This document shows, in pieces, positions 44,086-55,141 of a stretch of 64,000 nucleotides of DNA (position 1 is the first letter of the stretch; each line of letters begins with the position of its first letter). The DNA is taken from the NCBI GenBank assembly GCA_963805315.1, contig CAWDTQ010000014.1:523058-587057 (forward strand), written 5' to 3'. The position numbers and the translations under genes are program-made. Under the pieces are notes generated by a model. It saw nothing but the letters and a program-made list of their open reading frames with translations, searched no databases and was not told the origin of the DNA. This DNA is from an uncultured delta proteobacterium. GTDB taxonomy: Bacteria; Desulfobacterota; Binatia; Binatales; Binataceae.

Positions 44086-47000
44086 GTGCCAGGTTTTTCA
44101 TTGCGCAATCCGCATACCGTAATCGTGGGCGCGTTGCTCACGATAATTCTGGGCGTCGCGGCATTTCTGAGCATGCCCGTCGATGTCTTTCCCAATCTCG
44201 ACATCCCGGTCGCGGTCGTCGCCACGTTCTATCCGGGAATGCCGCCGCTAGATATCGAGGCGGACATCACGACCCGCTTCGAGCGTTTCTTCACGCTCGG
44301 CAGCGACATCGATCACATGGAGTCGCGATCGCTGCCGGGCGTCAGCATCATCAAGGTCTTCTTCCAGCCGGGCGTCGATCTGAGCGCCGCGACCGCGACG
44401 CTGGGCAACCTCGCGATGGCCGACTTGCGCCACCTTCCGCCCGGCACGCTGCCGCCGCTAATCCTGAAATCCGGGGCGTCGTCGCTGCCGGTGACTCTTG
44501 TCACGGTGGCAGGCCAGGGCTTCAGCGAGGCGCAGCTCCGCGACCAGGCGCAGTACAACATTCGCAACTGGATCGCGACCGTGTCCGGCACGTCGGTGCC
44601 TCCGCCATTCGGCGGCAAGTACCGGCAAATCATGGCGTACGTCAATCGCGACGCATTGCAGGCGCGCGGTCTGACCCTGATGGACGTCGTCCATTCGCTC
44701 GACGACGCCAATCTCATCATTCCCGCCGGTGACGCGAAGATCGGAACCACCGACTACTTCGTTTACAGCAACAGCATGATCGACGACCCAGCCGACATCG
44801 ACCAGGTGCCGGTGAAAGTCGGCCCCGGCCAGCAACCGGTGCTGCTGGGCGACGTCGGTCACGTCGAGGACGCGGCGCAGATTCAGCAGAACATCGTGCG
44901 CATCAACGGCCAGCGCTCGGTGTACATCCCCGTAATGAAGCAGGGCAACGCCAATACGATCGCGGTCGTCGACGGCGTCGGCAGTGCGATCAAGCGAATC
45001 GCCGGCCTGCCGAACGGGATGAATGTCAAGGCGATCTTCGGGCAGGACTCGTACGTGCGCGCCGCGATCGAGAGTCTCGAGCATGAAGCGGCCTCGGGCG
45101 CGGTGCTGGCCTCGTTGATGATCCTGATTTTCCTCGGCAGCTTCCGTTCGACGGTCGCGATTTTCCTGTCGATCCCGCTTTCGATACTTGCCGGCGCCTT
45201 CGGCCTGCGGATGAGCGGCGCCACCATTAACGTGATGACGCTCGGCGGCTTCGCGCTCGCGATCGGCCGTTTGGTTGACGACTCGACGGTCGTGCTCGAA
45301 AACATCAACCGCCATCTGGCCCAGGGCAAGGCACCGCCCGACGCGGCGCGCGACGGCGCCAACGAAGTCGCGCTGGCAGTGCTCGCGTCGACGATCACGA
45401 CCATCATCGTGTTCTCGCCGGTGATGTTTCTGTTCGGCGTTGCGAAGTCGCTGTTCAGCGCGCTGTCGCTGGCAGTGGTGCTCTCGATGCTCGCGTCGTA
45501 CGTGGTCGCGATGACGGTGATCCCGGTTTTCTGCGCGCATTTTCTGACGGCGGAATCGGCGCACGAGGCTGAAGAAGGCACCGGCCGCGGCCTGCTGGCG
45601 GCGTTCATCCGCAGCTACGACCGCTTTGCGGAGCGCTACGAGCACCTGCTGGATCGGGTGCTCAATCATAAAGGCCTCGTGGTCGCGGGCGCATCGATTC
45701 TGTTCGTGGTGAGCATGGCCGCGTTTCCCCTGCTGGGAACCGAGCTGTTTCCCAGGACCGATGCCGGCCAGTTTGTCATCCAGTTCCGCGCGCCGCTCGG
45801 AACGCGTATCGAACTTACCGAGCAGCTGGCTGAGCGTCTGGAAAATACGATTCGAGAGGTTATACCGCCGGCTGAACTCTCGACGGTGGTTTCGAATCTT
45901 GGGTTGGCGCCCGGATTTTCGTCGATCTACTCGTCGAACGCGGCGAGCGACTCCGGCTTCGTGATGGTGGCGCTCAAGCACGATCATCGCGTCTCGACCT
46001 GGGACTACGTCGCGAAGCTGAAAGCGACGCTGCCCGCGCGGATCCCTGAAATCCGGACGTTCTTTTCGTCGGGAAGCATCATCGACTCGGTGCTCAATTT
46101 CGGATTGGCGGCGCCGATCGACATTCAGTTGAGCGGCCAGCATTACGCCGAACTGTTCGATCTGGCGCGCAAAGTCAAAGCGCGCGTGAAGGGCCTGCCC
46201 CAGGTCGCTGACACGTTCATCCCCGAGGAGTCGGACTATCCTACCCTCAGGATCAACGTCGATCGGGTGAAAGCCGGCGCGGCTGGGCCTCAACCAGCGC
46301 GACGTCGTGACCAACGTGATCACCGCGCTCACGTCGAATCAGATGATCGCGCCGTCGATCTGGATCGATCCGAAGAGCGGCAATGATTATTTCCTGACCG
46401 CGCAATACGCTGAGGACAAGATCGACTCGCTCGACACGCTGCGCGACATTCCGGTGCGAAGCAGCGACGGCGATCACTCGCGCGCCGACGCCCTGCTGCT
46501 GCGAAATGTCGCCACGATCACGCGCGAGACAGCATCCGGCCGAAGCGGACCACTACAACATTCAACGCGTCGTCGACATACTGGTTGCGCCGAGCACCGA
46601 CGACATGGGCGGCACGTTGAAGGCGGTGCAAAAGGCGCTGGCCAATTTCGAGCTGCCGGCGGGAACCGCAATCGCTTATCGCGGGTCGGTCGAATCGATG
46701 CAGCGATCGTTTTCCAGTTTCGGTTATGGGCTCATGATGGCGGTGGTGCTGCTCTACCTCGTGATGGTGGCGCAATTCCGATCGTTCCTTGACCCTTTCA
46801 TCATAATGTTCGCGGTGCCGATGGGTCTGATCGGTGTCGTGTGGACGCTTTATCTCACCGGCACGACGCTCAACATCGAATCGTTCATGGGGATCATCGC
46901 GATGGTCGGGATCGTCGTGTCCAACGCGATCCTGCTGGTGGACTTCGCCAATCGGCGCTTCCGCGGCGGCGAGGAACTGCGCATGGCGATCATCGAGTCG

Positions 47001-47216
47001 GCGAAAATCCGGATGCGCCCGATCCTGATGACGACGCTGGCGACGGTGGTGGGGCTGATGCCGATGGCGCTCAAGCTGGGCGCCGGCTCGGAAGCCTCGG
47101 CGCCGCTCGCGCGTGCGGCCGCGGGCGGACTGGCAGTTTCGACGCTGCTTACGCTGTTCCTGGTTCCCGCGCTTTACGAAATCTTCTACAGCCGTGATCA
47201 GCAGGTGTCTAAATGA
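44086..47216 (+). CDS. RND efflux permease (AcrB/CzcA superfamily), with two frameshifts (~46272-46280 and ~46535-46545); ORFs 44086..46386, 46307..46792 and 46506..47216
   Basis: The N-terminus reads NPHTVIVGALLTIILGVAAFLSMPVDVFPNLDIPVAVV. The middle reads LGGFALAIGRLVDDSTVVLENI. The junctions continue as ...DRVKA|ARLGLNQRDVVTNVITALTS and ...ITRET|HPAEADHYNIQRVVDI. The C-terminus reads GIIAMVGIVVSNAILLVDF..MRPILMTTLATVVGLMPMAL. Confidence 0.9.
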
Positions 47217-48427
47217 GCAGGTATCTCGCCCGCACAATGGCGGCTCTTTGCATACTGGCGGCGGCCATTGGATGTTCGCATGCGCCTGTCGATGCGCCGG
47301 ACAATTCGCGACGCACGGTCGTGGTCGTTCGGCCGCAGCGCGGCGACATCGTCCGTTCGATCACGTTGCCGGGGGATTTGGTTGGCCTATACCAATCGAC
47401 ACTCTATGCGAAGGTCACTGGCTATTTGAAAAGTATCTCGGTCGATAAGGGCGACTGGGTAAAAGAAGGACAGGTGCTTGCCGTAATCGAGGTGCCCGAG
47501 CTTGAGCAGCGGCTCGCGCGCGCGCGCGCCGACATGGAAGTTCAGCACCTGACCTATCAGCGTCTCGAGCAGGTCTGGAAAAGCGATCCGCGACTGGTCG
47601 CGCGCCAGGATGTCGACATCGCGCAAGGCAAGTACCTCGAAGCGAAAGCGCAGACGTGACGAGCTCGAGGCGATGGCCTCGTACACGAGGATCGTCGCGC
47701 CGTTCGACGGAGTCATCACCGGCCGGTTCGTCGATCCGGGCGCGCTCATCAAGGCCGGCGGAGAGCAGACGACGTCCACTCCAGACCAGGGCTCGGCGCA
47801 TCCGAGCGGCGGCTCGTCGCCGGTCGTCAGTCTCGCGATGATCGACACGATGCGCACGTACGTTTACGTGCCGCAGGGCGAAATCGCGTCGATCAGGCGC
47901 GGAATGCCCGCGAAGCTGACCCTGCAGGATTTGCCGGGACACTCGTTCGAGGGAGTCGTCGCGCGCTACTCGAACTCTCTTGACCTGGGAACGCGCACCA
48001 TGCTGACCGAGATCGATCTGAAGAATCCGCGGCACGAGCTCTACCCCGGGATGTACGCGAATGTGACGCTCGAGCTCGAGCGGCATCCCGACGCGCTCAA
48101 GCTGCCCGAGTCGGCCATCGGCAATTCGCAAAACGGCAGGTACGTGATGATCGCGCAGGACGGGAAGCTGCGGAGAGCAGAAGCGTAACAGTCGGAATCA
48201 ACACCGGCAAAAGTGCGGAGATAGTCCGCGGTCTCAGCGGCGGAGAAATGGTAGTGGCTAATCTGGATCCTTCAATAGTCGCCGGCGAAGTAGTCAATGT
48301 CGTGCAGCAGAAAGCGCGAGCCCGACGAACGATCGAACATGGTTGCGGAAACCCAGTGAGTATCGGAGCTATACTATGCGGATATCTACTTCCGGAACTG
48401 CAGTTGTATTTGCGAGTTACCTACTGA
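47213..48427 (+). CDS. RND periplasmic adaptor (HlyD/MFP family) lipoprotein, with two frameshifts (~47657 and ~48175-48187); 3' end uncertain
   Basis: The lipobox is LAAAIGC. Motifs include YAKVTGYLKSISVDKGDWVKEGQVLAVIEVPE and YTRIVAPFDGVITGRFVDPGALI, and the tail is VTVGINTGKSAEIVRGLSGGEMVV. The last frame runs on to 48427, overlapping the next gene, so the true stop may be earlier. Confidence 0.8.
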
Positions 48428-49773
48428 CTATAGTCAGTCCAGGAAGCGCCGACGCGCTCGAGACCTTGCAGCCCGGTGAGAGGCTCACGCTGGAGCGAGC
48501 AATTGAGCTGACTCTCCGCAACCATCCGCGCGGACTCGAAATGAAGTCCGAGGCCGACGCCGCCCGTGAGCGCACGGGAGAGGCTCGCGCAGCGTTGCTG
48601 CCGCAGGTCTATAGCGCGGCAGAGTATTTGCGTTCCACGGACAATCCGATCGGAAACACCACCTATCTGAATCCGGGATTCATTCCGCGCATCACCGGCA
48701 CGCTGCACGACGCACCGGCAAATGCCGCGCAAAGCTTTTCGACCTCGACCACCAACAATTATGCCGGCGGAGTTGGGATTCAGCAGTACCTGTTCGATTT
48801 CGGGCGGGTTCGCGGCCGAATCGAGCAACTCGATGAAGAAGCGCACGCGGCGATATCCCAGTCGCAGGCGACGGAACTCGATCTCGTGTTCGAAGCAGCT
48901 CAACGCTATTTCGCATTGTTGGCCGCGGGGCAAAAGGTAAAGGTCTATAAGAAAGCGATCGATCAGCGCTCCGAGCAGCTCCATGCCGCGCAGGTCAAGG
49001 CCAGCGCCAACCTGACTCCTCAGATCGATGTACTTACGGCGCAGGCCGCGCTGACACGCGCGCAAACCGACCTGCTGGAGGCGTCGGATCAGCAGGACAT
49101 CGCCAGAGTGGCTCTCAACAATACGATGGCGATTAGCCGCAACGCGCCGGACTACGAGCTCGCCGACGTGCTCACTTACAAGCAGGTTTCGGGGAGCCTC
49201 GAGTCGTTCTTCGCTTCCGCAATCGCACTGCGGCCGGACCTGCGCGCGCTGGAAGCCGAAGCGCGAGCGGCCGGCGCGCAAATCCAGCAGGCCCGCAGCG
49301 ATTACTATCCTTCGGTGGGAGCAACGGCCGGTTACAGCGCAATCGGGACCGGTCAGCCGGCGGCGAATAATTTCAACGCGGGAATAGTAGTGGTTTGGCC
49401 TATATTCAACGGCTTCGCAACCGAGCATCAGGTCGAAGAAGCAAAAGCCACCCAGAACGCCATTCGCTATTCGATCGAGGATCTGGAACTGCGCGTTTGG
49501 CTCGACGTGAAGAGTGCTTATCTCGAGTTGCAAACCGCGGTGCAGCGAATCCATCAGGCAGAGGCAACGCTGGCGGCCTCTTCGGGCCAGCTGGAACTGG
49601 CAGACAAACGCTACAACGCGGGCCTCGGCAATATCATCGAGCTTACCGACGCCGAGCGTTTCTATATCCAGGATGACGCGGCCTATGTCGACGCGCTTTA
49701 CGGATACTCAGTGGCGAAGGCGACCCTCGATCGTGTAACGGGCATGTCACTTCAGTCGGTGCCTGACAAGTGA
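48376..49773 (+). CDS. TolC-family outer-membrane efflux protein
   Basis: A signal peptide is followed by LTLERAIELTLRNHP. The two-repeat coiled structure contains ...AQAALTRAQTDLLEA... and ...RYNAGLGNIIELTDAE. Confidence 0.85.
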   Translation: MRISTSGTAVVFASYLLTIVSPGSADALETLQPGERLTLERAIELTLRNHPRGLEMKSEADAARERTGEARAALLPQVYSAAEYLRSTDNPIGNTTYLNPGFIPRITGTLHDAPANAAQSFSTSTTNNYAGGVGIQQYLFDFGRVRGRIEQLDEEAHAAISQSQATELDLVFEAAQRYFALLAAGQKVKVYKKAIDQRSEQLHAAQVKASANLTPQIDVLTAQAALTRAQTDLLEASDQQDIARVALNNTMAISRNAPDYELADVLTYKQVSGSLESFFASAIALRPDLRALEAEARAAGAQIQQARSDYYPSVGATAGYSAIGTGQPAANNFNAGIVVVWPIFNGFATEHQVEEAKATQNAIRYSIEDLELRVWLDVKSAYLELQTAVQRIHQAEATLAASSGQLELADKRYNAGLGNIIELTDAERFYIQDDAAYVDALYGYSVAKATLDRVTGMSLQSVPDK

Positions 49774-50060
49774 AAGGAACGAAAAGTGGTTCGCGGAAGA
49801 ATTCTGGTAAGACGCAGAGGCTTCGAACTAGAGGTGAGCCTACTTGCTGTAACAAAAGGGGCTCTTTCAGCAACTTGCGCTATGCGAGGACAGGGACTAA
49901 GCATCAGGTTGGCAAAGGGCAGCTTTCGGTTTAAGTCTTCCCCTCGTTGAACTCCTGTCAATCTTCGACTGCGCGGCCTTCTTTAGGCCGTGGCAGGCGT
50001 TTTATGGGGAAGAATCGGGTACTCAACTTTAACGTTTTTGGAACACCTAAGGAGATGGCT

Positions 50061-50432
50061 ATGGCATCGGGAAAACCAATCGGCGAATTTTCACTCAAAA
50101 TGATCAGTCAGACTAACAGTGCCGGGCCGGCCGGCAGCGTTCTCGTCCAGGTGAATTTCGAAGGGACTGGAACGGGGTTTGGCGCGATCTTCGACACGTC
50201 GACTTTCGTCGGCGGCGGCAGGGACGGGACTTTCAGCCAGGTCGGGTCGGCATACCTCGACAACGGCGAGGTTCTCAGCGGCATCGGTCAGGGAACCTAC
50301 GAGAGCAAGGGAAAGCATCGGTGGTCGACGTCGTCCATCATTCAGATCTCGGATGGCCGCCGACTCGCGAGCACGGGTGAGATAGATCTGGCCTCACGTA
50401 CCTGGAAAGGGACGCTCTCCGAATTGAGCTAA
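50061..50432 (+). CDS. Hypothetical beta-rich small protein (123 aa)
   Basis: AAGGAG is followed by ATG 50061. The sequence is Gly/Ser/Thr-rich (..VQVNFEGTGTGFGAIFDTSTFVGGG..). No family was recognised. The ORF track extends it to 49947. Confidence 0.45.
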   Translation: MASGKPIGEFSLKMISQTNSAGPAGSVLVQVNFEGTGTGFGAIFDTSTFVGGGRDGTFSQVGSAYLDNGEVLSGIGQGTYESKGKHRWSTSSIIQISDGRRLASTGEIDLASRTWKGTLSELS

Positions 50433-50464
50433 GCTCCTGCAAAGGACTCCTATAGGAGGAAAAA

Positions 50465-50782
50465 ATGGGAACAGTTTCATACATAGTCATGATTAAACCG
50501 CGACCCGGTCACCTCGAGGCCTTCATGAAGGACCTGGGAAGGGTTAGCACTGTGGTTAAGCGGGCAGGCGCAAGGATCCGGGCGTGGAACCAGGCTTCTG
50601 GGCCGGACGCCGGCGTCGTCGGAGTGGTTATCGAGAATGATGACTGGAAGGCTTACGCCGCGTACCGGTCGAAGCTCGATTCCGATCCTGAATTCCAGAA
50701 ACTGCGCGCCGAAATAGAGGCGAGGAAGGATCCCGTCGCGGAGACTATATCCACGGGAATGAACGAGGAGCTTGCGAGCTGA
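50465..50782 (+). CDS. Small protein (105 aa), possibly a dimeric alpha/beta-barrel fold; paralog of the next gene
   Basis: The RBS is AGGAGGA. The KPRPGHLEAFMKDL...VIENDDWKAYAAYRSKLDSDPEFQKL pattern is shared with 50833..51150. Confidence 0.55.
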   Translation: MGTVSYIVMIKPRPGHLEAFMKDLGRVSTVVKRAGARIRAWNQASGPDAGVVGVVIENDDWKAYAAYRSKLDSDPEFQKLRAEIEARKDPVAETISTGMNEELAS

Positions 50783-50832
50783 GCGGAATCGTTCGCGCAT
50801 CGGATAATTCCTCAACCAATTTGGAGACAGCA

Positions 50833-51150
50833 ATGGCAATCGCACAAGTATTTTCCTGGCATCCGCGTCCGGGACGCCTCGCGGATTTTATGGCTATCGC
50901 GAAGAAGGCCGACAAAATTATCCGGGCCCACGGTGCTACCACCCGAACCCTCAACTCGGTTTCCGGCGGAGTCGCCGGCGGCCTCACTTATGTAATCGAG
51001 ACTGCGAACTGGAAAGCATTCGGCGACCTCGAGGCGAAGCTCGAAACCGACAAGGCCTGGCAGGCGCTGCTCGCGGAGGTAAACTCGACCGATAAACCTA
51101 CTGCCGATTTGATTTCGTCGGCGGTCTATTCGGAGATTCCGCTAGGCTGA
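50833..51150 (+). CDS. Small protein (105 aa), paralog of 50465..50782
   Basis: GGAG is followed by ATG 50833. It reads HPRPGRLADFMAIA...VIETANWKAFGDLEAKLETDKAWQAL and has the same length as its neighbour. Confidence 0.55.
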   Translation: MAIAQVFSWHPRPGRLADFMAIAKKADKIIRAHGATTRTLNSVSGGVAGGLTYVIETANWKAFGDLEAKLETDKAWQALLAEVNSTDKPTADLISSAVYSEIPLG

Positions 51151-51227
51151 CCTGATTCGCTTTTCCGATCGCTAGAGTGAAGGGAGGGACCAACGAGGGC
51201 TCTCCCCTCTTTTCTTTCCCGGCATCT

Positions 51228-51303
<76 letters not shown>

Positions 51304-51335
51304 ACCGTCGAAGCTTGCTTACGTAGCAAGATGTT

Positions 51336-51412
51336 TGGGGTGAGTGAAGGGATTTGAACCCTCGACCGCCGGAGCCACAATCCGATGCTCTGCCAACTGA
51401 GCTACACTCACC
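51336..51412 (-). tRNA. tRNA-His (anticodon GTG) with the extra 5' G(-1), CCA encoded
   Basis: The acceptor stem is G-GTGAGTG / CACTCAC-C. The anticodon loop is TTGTGGC. The T-loop is TTCAAAT. Confidence 0.9.
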
Positions 51413-51498
51413 ACCTCGATCTTTTCAAGCGACCCGTTTCAATCCACACGATCAATCCAGCCGGCGCGTCGAGCCGCCGCTATCAGAGTTCGCCTCCG

Positions 51499-51575
<77 letters not shown>

Positions 51576-51578
51576 GTA

Positions 51579-51652
51579 TCGGGGCGAGCCGATTTGAACG
51601 GCCGACCCCCTGCTCCCAAGGCAGGTGCGCTACCAAGCTGCGCTACGCCCCG
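51579..51652 (-). tRNA. tRNA-Pro (anticodon TGG), CCA not encoded
   Basis: The acceptor stem is CGGGGCG / CGCCCCG. The anticodon stem CCTGC/GCAGG carries the loop CTTGGGA. The T-loop is TTCAAAT. Only 3 nt separate it from tRNA-Arg. Confidence 0.9.
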
Positions 51653-52393
51653 AGCCTTTAGGAAGTAACACACCGACGATCGGCTCTCAACCAATGTTCG
51701 TCCGCGCGCGGGTTTTCGTCACAAATTTATTCGTGCAATACGCGCCGAGTCACTATAGATGTTGGGATCGCAAGTTCGAGGCGCGAATTCTCCGAACGAA
51801 TTCTTGGCGAGCGTGAACCCGCCAAGCTGCATTCGGGTTTGATCGAAGCGGCGATCCTGCTCCTGGAGGGTGCAGTCCGGTTGCTGAGGATGCATCCTTT
51901 TGGATGCACCGTTCCAGATGCGCATGCAGTCAGATGCGAACATCATGGATCGCATGTAGCGGTTCGGTCGCAACTTGCAAAACCGCGATTTTCAATGGAA
52001 AGTGCTCGAATTCGGGACTTTCAGCGGTTCGCCGTCGCAGAAAGAGAAAAAAATTGGGTGGGGACGCCTTGGATTCGCCTCGATTTTCTTGAGGCACAAT
52101 GTTTGCTTCAGATAGACACCAGCGCTGACAATCTCCTCCCCCGAGACCAACAGCGTCTGTCCCCAAGCCAAGGCCGGGCTACTTGAACCGTGGCTCCCCA
52201 CTGCGGTTCCCCCAAATGTAGCCCGGCCGTTCTTTTTTCTCGAAACCCACTGTGACTCGGCCGCGCGATTTGCCACGGCCCGGCATCCTCCACGTTAAAA
52301 TCCACGGCGAGCTTTCGCCCAGGCATTTATGTTTCGCAAATTCTGCTAGGCTGATGCAGTCTGGGCTGACGCGTCCTCACCTGAAAATTTTCG

Positions 52394-53076
52394 TTGGGGT
52401 ACGCAGAGGGTCCGGTGGTGGGGGTTGATCTGCGGCAAGAGAAACAGATTTGCGCGCCGCTGGTGGTAATATTCGCGGCCGCGCTCGCTGTCGGGACCAG
52501 CGGATGCTGGATGGCAGCTGCTCAGCTCGCACCCATCGCCGCCAACGTCGCCGAGAGCGTCGGTGCCGGAGCCGTTCAGTTGGCGTCGGGGATCGGCGCG
52601 TCTGCCCATCATCAGAGCGATCTCGAAAAGAAAGCAGAGGAAGCGCGCGCGAGCGCGATGGACAGCGACGACAGCTGCAACCAACTGGAGGTCGAAGTTC
52701 CGGGTGTGATCGAGTTGCGAAGGAGTGCTGCGGGCGCGGCCGAATATCGCGAGCTGCAGATCAGTCGATTCCTTGGATCAGCGACAATGGGCGCCGAACG
52801 ACAGACGGTTGGCAGCCGGCGGTTAATTTTCTCCAGATGAATTTCTCGCCGCCGCTCGGCGCGGTAATTCCCGAGAACACGAGCAACTTCCTGGCCTACG
52901 CGCCGTCGAAATTCGTCTCGCAGGCCGACAGCGATCGCCTGACCGCGATGACTTCGAATTTCGGCAAACCGGCAGGGACGTTTATCTGGAAGGGACAATT
53001 CTACCACTACGTGGTGACGAGCACGCTGCCATGTTTTCCGCCTCCACCCGAACGGATTGCGCAGGACAGTCACTGA
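52394..53076 (+). CDS. Hypothetical (lipo)protein, apparently frameshifted near 52750-52770 (ORFs 52394..52840 and the 3' part of 52450..53076)
   Basis: The signal-like segment is ICAPLVVIFAAALAVGTSGC. The downstream frame has protein-like sequence (WISDNG...NFLAYAPSKFVSQADSDRLTAM...FIWKGQFYHYVVTSTLPCF). The start is uncertain. Confidence 0.4.
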
Positions 53077-53297
53077 AATACTCTGTCGACTCTCCCACCT
53101 GAAGGCCCGGCAATATTCGCGCATGGCGCCGGGATGCCTGAAGGTTGTTCATGCTCGCCCAGGAATCGTGAAGAAATTACTGCCGGAGATTCGAAAAAAT
53201 CCTTGTAAGGCTAGGACTTACGTGCATGGCCCTACACTTGCTCCCCCTTGGTTGCATTGGGAATGACGATCATTCCTGATACTGAGGAGGTTAGATC

Positions 53298-53669
53298 ATG
53301 AAGATTTCCACAAAGATTGCAGTTTCGATTCTGAGTCTCGCCGTTATACCTTTCATCGGCGGGTGCGGCTCGTCCACCGAACAGGTCAAAGAGTCGACCG
53401 TCTCGACGAGGTACGTTCCCTTGCCGCCACAGCAGGTTGTCGTTCAGCCGGCCCCGGTCGTAACCTTGCCGCCGACCACTGTCACAACCACTGAGGAGAA
53501 GAGCGCATCGAATTCCTCTGACACTGGAAACAATGCGACCGATGAAAGCTCGAACTCCTATCACAGTGAGTCTTCGACAGTAACGCCGATGGCTGCGGTT
53601 CCGGTGGCTCCACCGCAGACCGAGACCACGACGACCTATCAGAAGAAGACCTACCAGGAAACCAACTAA
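53298..53669 (+). CDS. Hypothetical lipoprotein, Pro/Thr/Ser-rich (123 aa)
   Basis: The RBS is GAGGAGG. It reads MKISTKIAVSILSLAVIPFIGGC (lipobox), followed by a low-complexity PPQQVVVQPAPVVTLPPTTVTTT region. Confidence 0.6.
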   Translation: MKISTKIAVSILSLAVIPFIGGCGSSTEQVKESTVSTRYVPLPPQQVVVQPAPVVTLPPTTVTTTEEKSASNSSDTGNNATDESSNSYHSESSTVTPMAAVPVAPPQTETTTTYQKKTYQETN

Positions 53670-53680
53670 CTGCTGCCTGT

Positions 53681-53714
53681 GGGCACGGACAGACGCCGCC
53701 GTTTGTCCGTGCCC
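53681..53714 (+). terminator. Hairpin (candidate terminator) after the lipoprotein gene
   Basis: A perfect 11-bp stem (gggcacggaca / tgtccgtgccc) has a 12-nt loop. The downstream T tract is weak (ctttatttcc). Confidence 0.5.
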
Positions 53715-53730
53715 ATGCGACTTTATTTCC

Positions 53731-54159
53731 ATGACTCACTTAAAAACCAAATTCATCCGGGCGATACTGGTATGCGGTCTCGCGGCCACATCGCTGTTTG
53801 CTCCGAGCGCGCACGCACAGCAGACGACATCCGATCCGGCCGCCCCGGCGGCGAACGCTCCCGCCGTAACTACGGATCGCTCGCAGACGGTCGAACATGA
53901 CAAGGTGCGAACCTCGGCTGAGCACATTTACAATTCTCCCGCCGAACGCGCAAACGACGACCTGCTGATCACCGAAGTAAAAAGTTCGCTCGCCGAACGG
54001 GGCATCTCCGATAAATACCCGGTGGAAGTCGATTGCGATCACGGAACCATACAACTGACCGGAGTGGTGGCGTCGGCCGATGACGCCCGCGATGCGGCGA
54101 AGATCGCGTTGAACACCAGGGGCGTAGTCGGCGTCAAGAACAGGCTGACCTGGCGGTAG
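53731..54159 (+). CDS. BON-domain protein (OsmY-like), secreted
   Basis: The signal peptide ends ..LFAPSAHA. The BON domain is DDLLITEVKSSLAERGISDKYPVEVDCDHGTIQLTGVVASADDARDAAKIALNTRGVVGVKNRL. Confidence 0.85.
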   Translation: MTHLKTKFIRAILVCGLAATSLFAPSAHAQQTTSDPAAPAANAPAVTTDRSQTVEHDKVRTSAEHIYNSPAERANDDLLITEVKSSLAERGISDKYPVEVDCDHGTIQLTGVVASADDARDAAKIALNTRGVVGVKNRLTWR

Positions 54160-54171
54160 CCGCGCGGGATT

Positions 54172-55119
54172 TCAGCGTCGCAGCAGCGGGATTACTTCCC
54201 TGGCGAACTGCTCGTGCTGCGAGTCGCGGTCGGCCGGCGCGCAAACGACATCTATGTTGACGTCGCGAATCCCAGCCTTGACGAACTCGTCGATACGCGC
54301 AGCTACGTCGGACGGCCGCCCGATGGCGGCGTAGCGTTTGGCGGGTTCGCGGAAATCCATCGCATAGCGCTTGCCCAAGTGCGTGGCCGCGACGTCGAGC
54401 GCGGCTTCGTAGCTCGTCCCAAGCGTCGCGAACAAATGGATCGCCGTGCCGAAGTGCTCGAACCTGCGGCCGGCTTTTTCCGCCTCGCGCGCGATGAACT
54501 CCAGTCCGTCGCCGACCCGCTTGGGCGTCACGACGTACGGCATCCAGCCGTCGCCCAGCCGCGCCGCACGCCTGAGGGCACCTTCGGCGCGTCCGCCGAC
54601 CCATACTGGAGGACCGCCCGGAGTGCGCGGTTTCGGCAGCATCGTAATTTTTTCGAAGCTGAAATACTTGCCGTGATACTCGACGGGTTCCCCGGTCCAC
54701 AGCCTTTTGATTATTTCGATGGCCTCGTTCGCGCGCCCGCCCCGTTGTTTGAGTGGAACGCCGCACGCCTCGTACTCGCGCGGAAATTCGCCGCCGACGC
54801 CGACGCCGAAAATGAAATGTCCCGCGCCCATGAGGCGGTCCACCGTCGCGACCATCTTCGCCACCGTCGTCGGATGGCGCAGCGGCAGCAGGAAAATGCT
54901 GGTGCCGAAAATCAGGCTCGGGTTCAGCGCCGACAAGTACGTCAGCTGGCTCAGGGCGTCGTCGATCGGTCCGGTGAATGCAACGTGATCCCCCGTCCAG
55001 ATACTGTCGTAACCCCACTCCGACAGCGCTTTGACGGTCTTCAGCGCATGCTCGCGATCGGCCGCCGTCGCCATCGCGCCAAACCGGATCTTCGAATTCA
55101 GCGGTAGCGCGTTGTTCAT
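54172..55119 (-). CDS. Luciferase-like monooxygenase (LLM) class flavin/F420-dependent oxidoreductase
   Basis: Contains YDSIWTGDHVAF, LLPLRHPTTVAKMVATVDRL and GRFIFGVGVGGEFPREYEACGVP-type motifs. Confidence 0.85.
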   Translation of the reverse strand: MNNALPLNSKIRFGAMATAADREHALKTVKALSEWGYDSIWTGDHVAFTGPIDDALSQLTYLSALNPSLIFGTSIFLLPLRHPTTVAKMVATVDRLMGAGHFIFGVGVGGEFPREYEACGVPLKQRGGRANEAIEIIKRLWTGEPVEYHGKYFSFEKITMLPKPRTPGGPPVWVGGRAEGALRRAARLGDGWMPYVVTPKRVGDGLEFIAREAEKAGRRFEHFGTAIHLFATLGTSYEAALDVAATHLGKRYAMDFREPAKRYAAIGRPSDVAARIDEFVKAGIRDVNIDVVCAPADRDSQHEQFAREVIPLLRR

Positions 55120-55141
55120 GTTTTGAACTCTTCCTGCCGCC

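Noticed and set aside
44458-46332. 624-aa minus-strand ORF (also 44883..45608 and 46518..47237)
   Set aside because: All are antisense to the RND permease, which has unmistakable family sequence. These are shadow ORFs.
51653-52393. Integrase/att site or ncRNA (tmRNA, RNase P, SRP) next to the tRNA operon
   Set aside because: The short ORFs here (for example 51719..51973 and 51839..52186) have no recombinase motifs. No tRNA 3'-end direct repeat and no signature ncRNA sequence was recognised. The region is left as unexplained and reported under the island finding.
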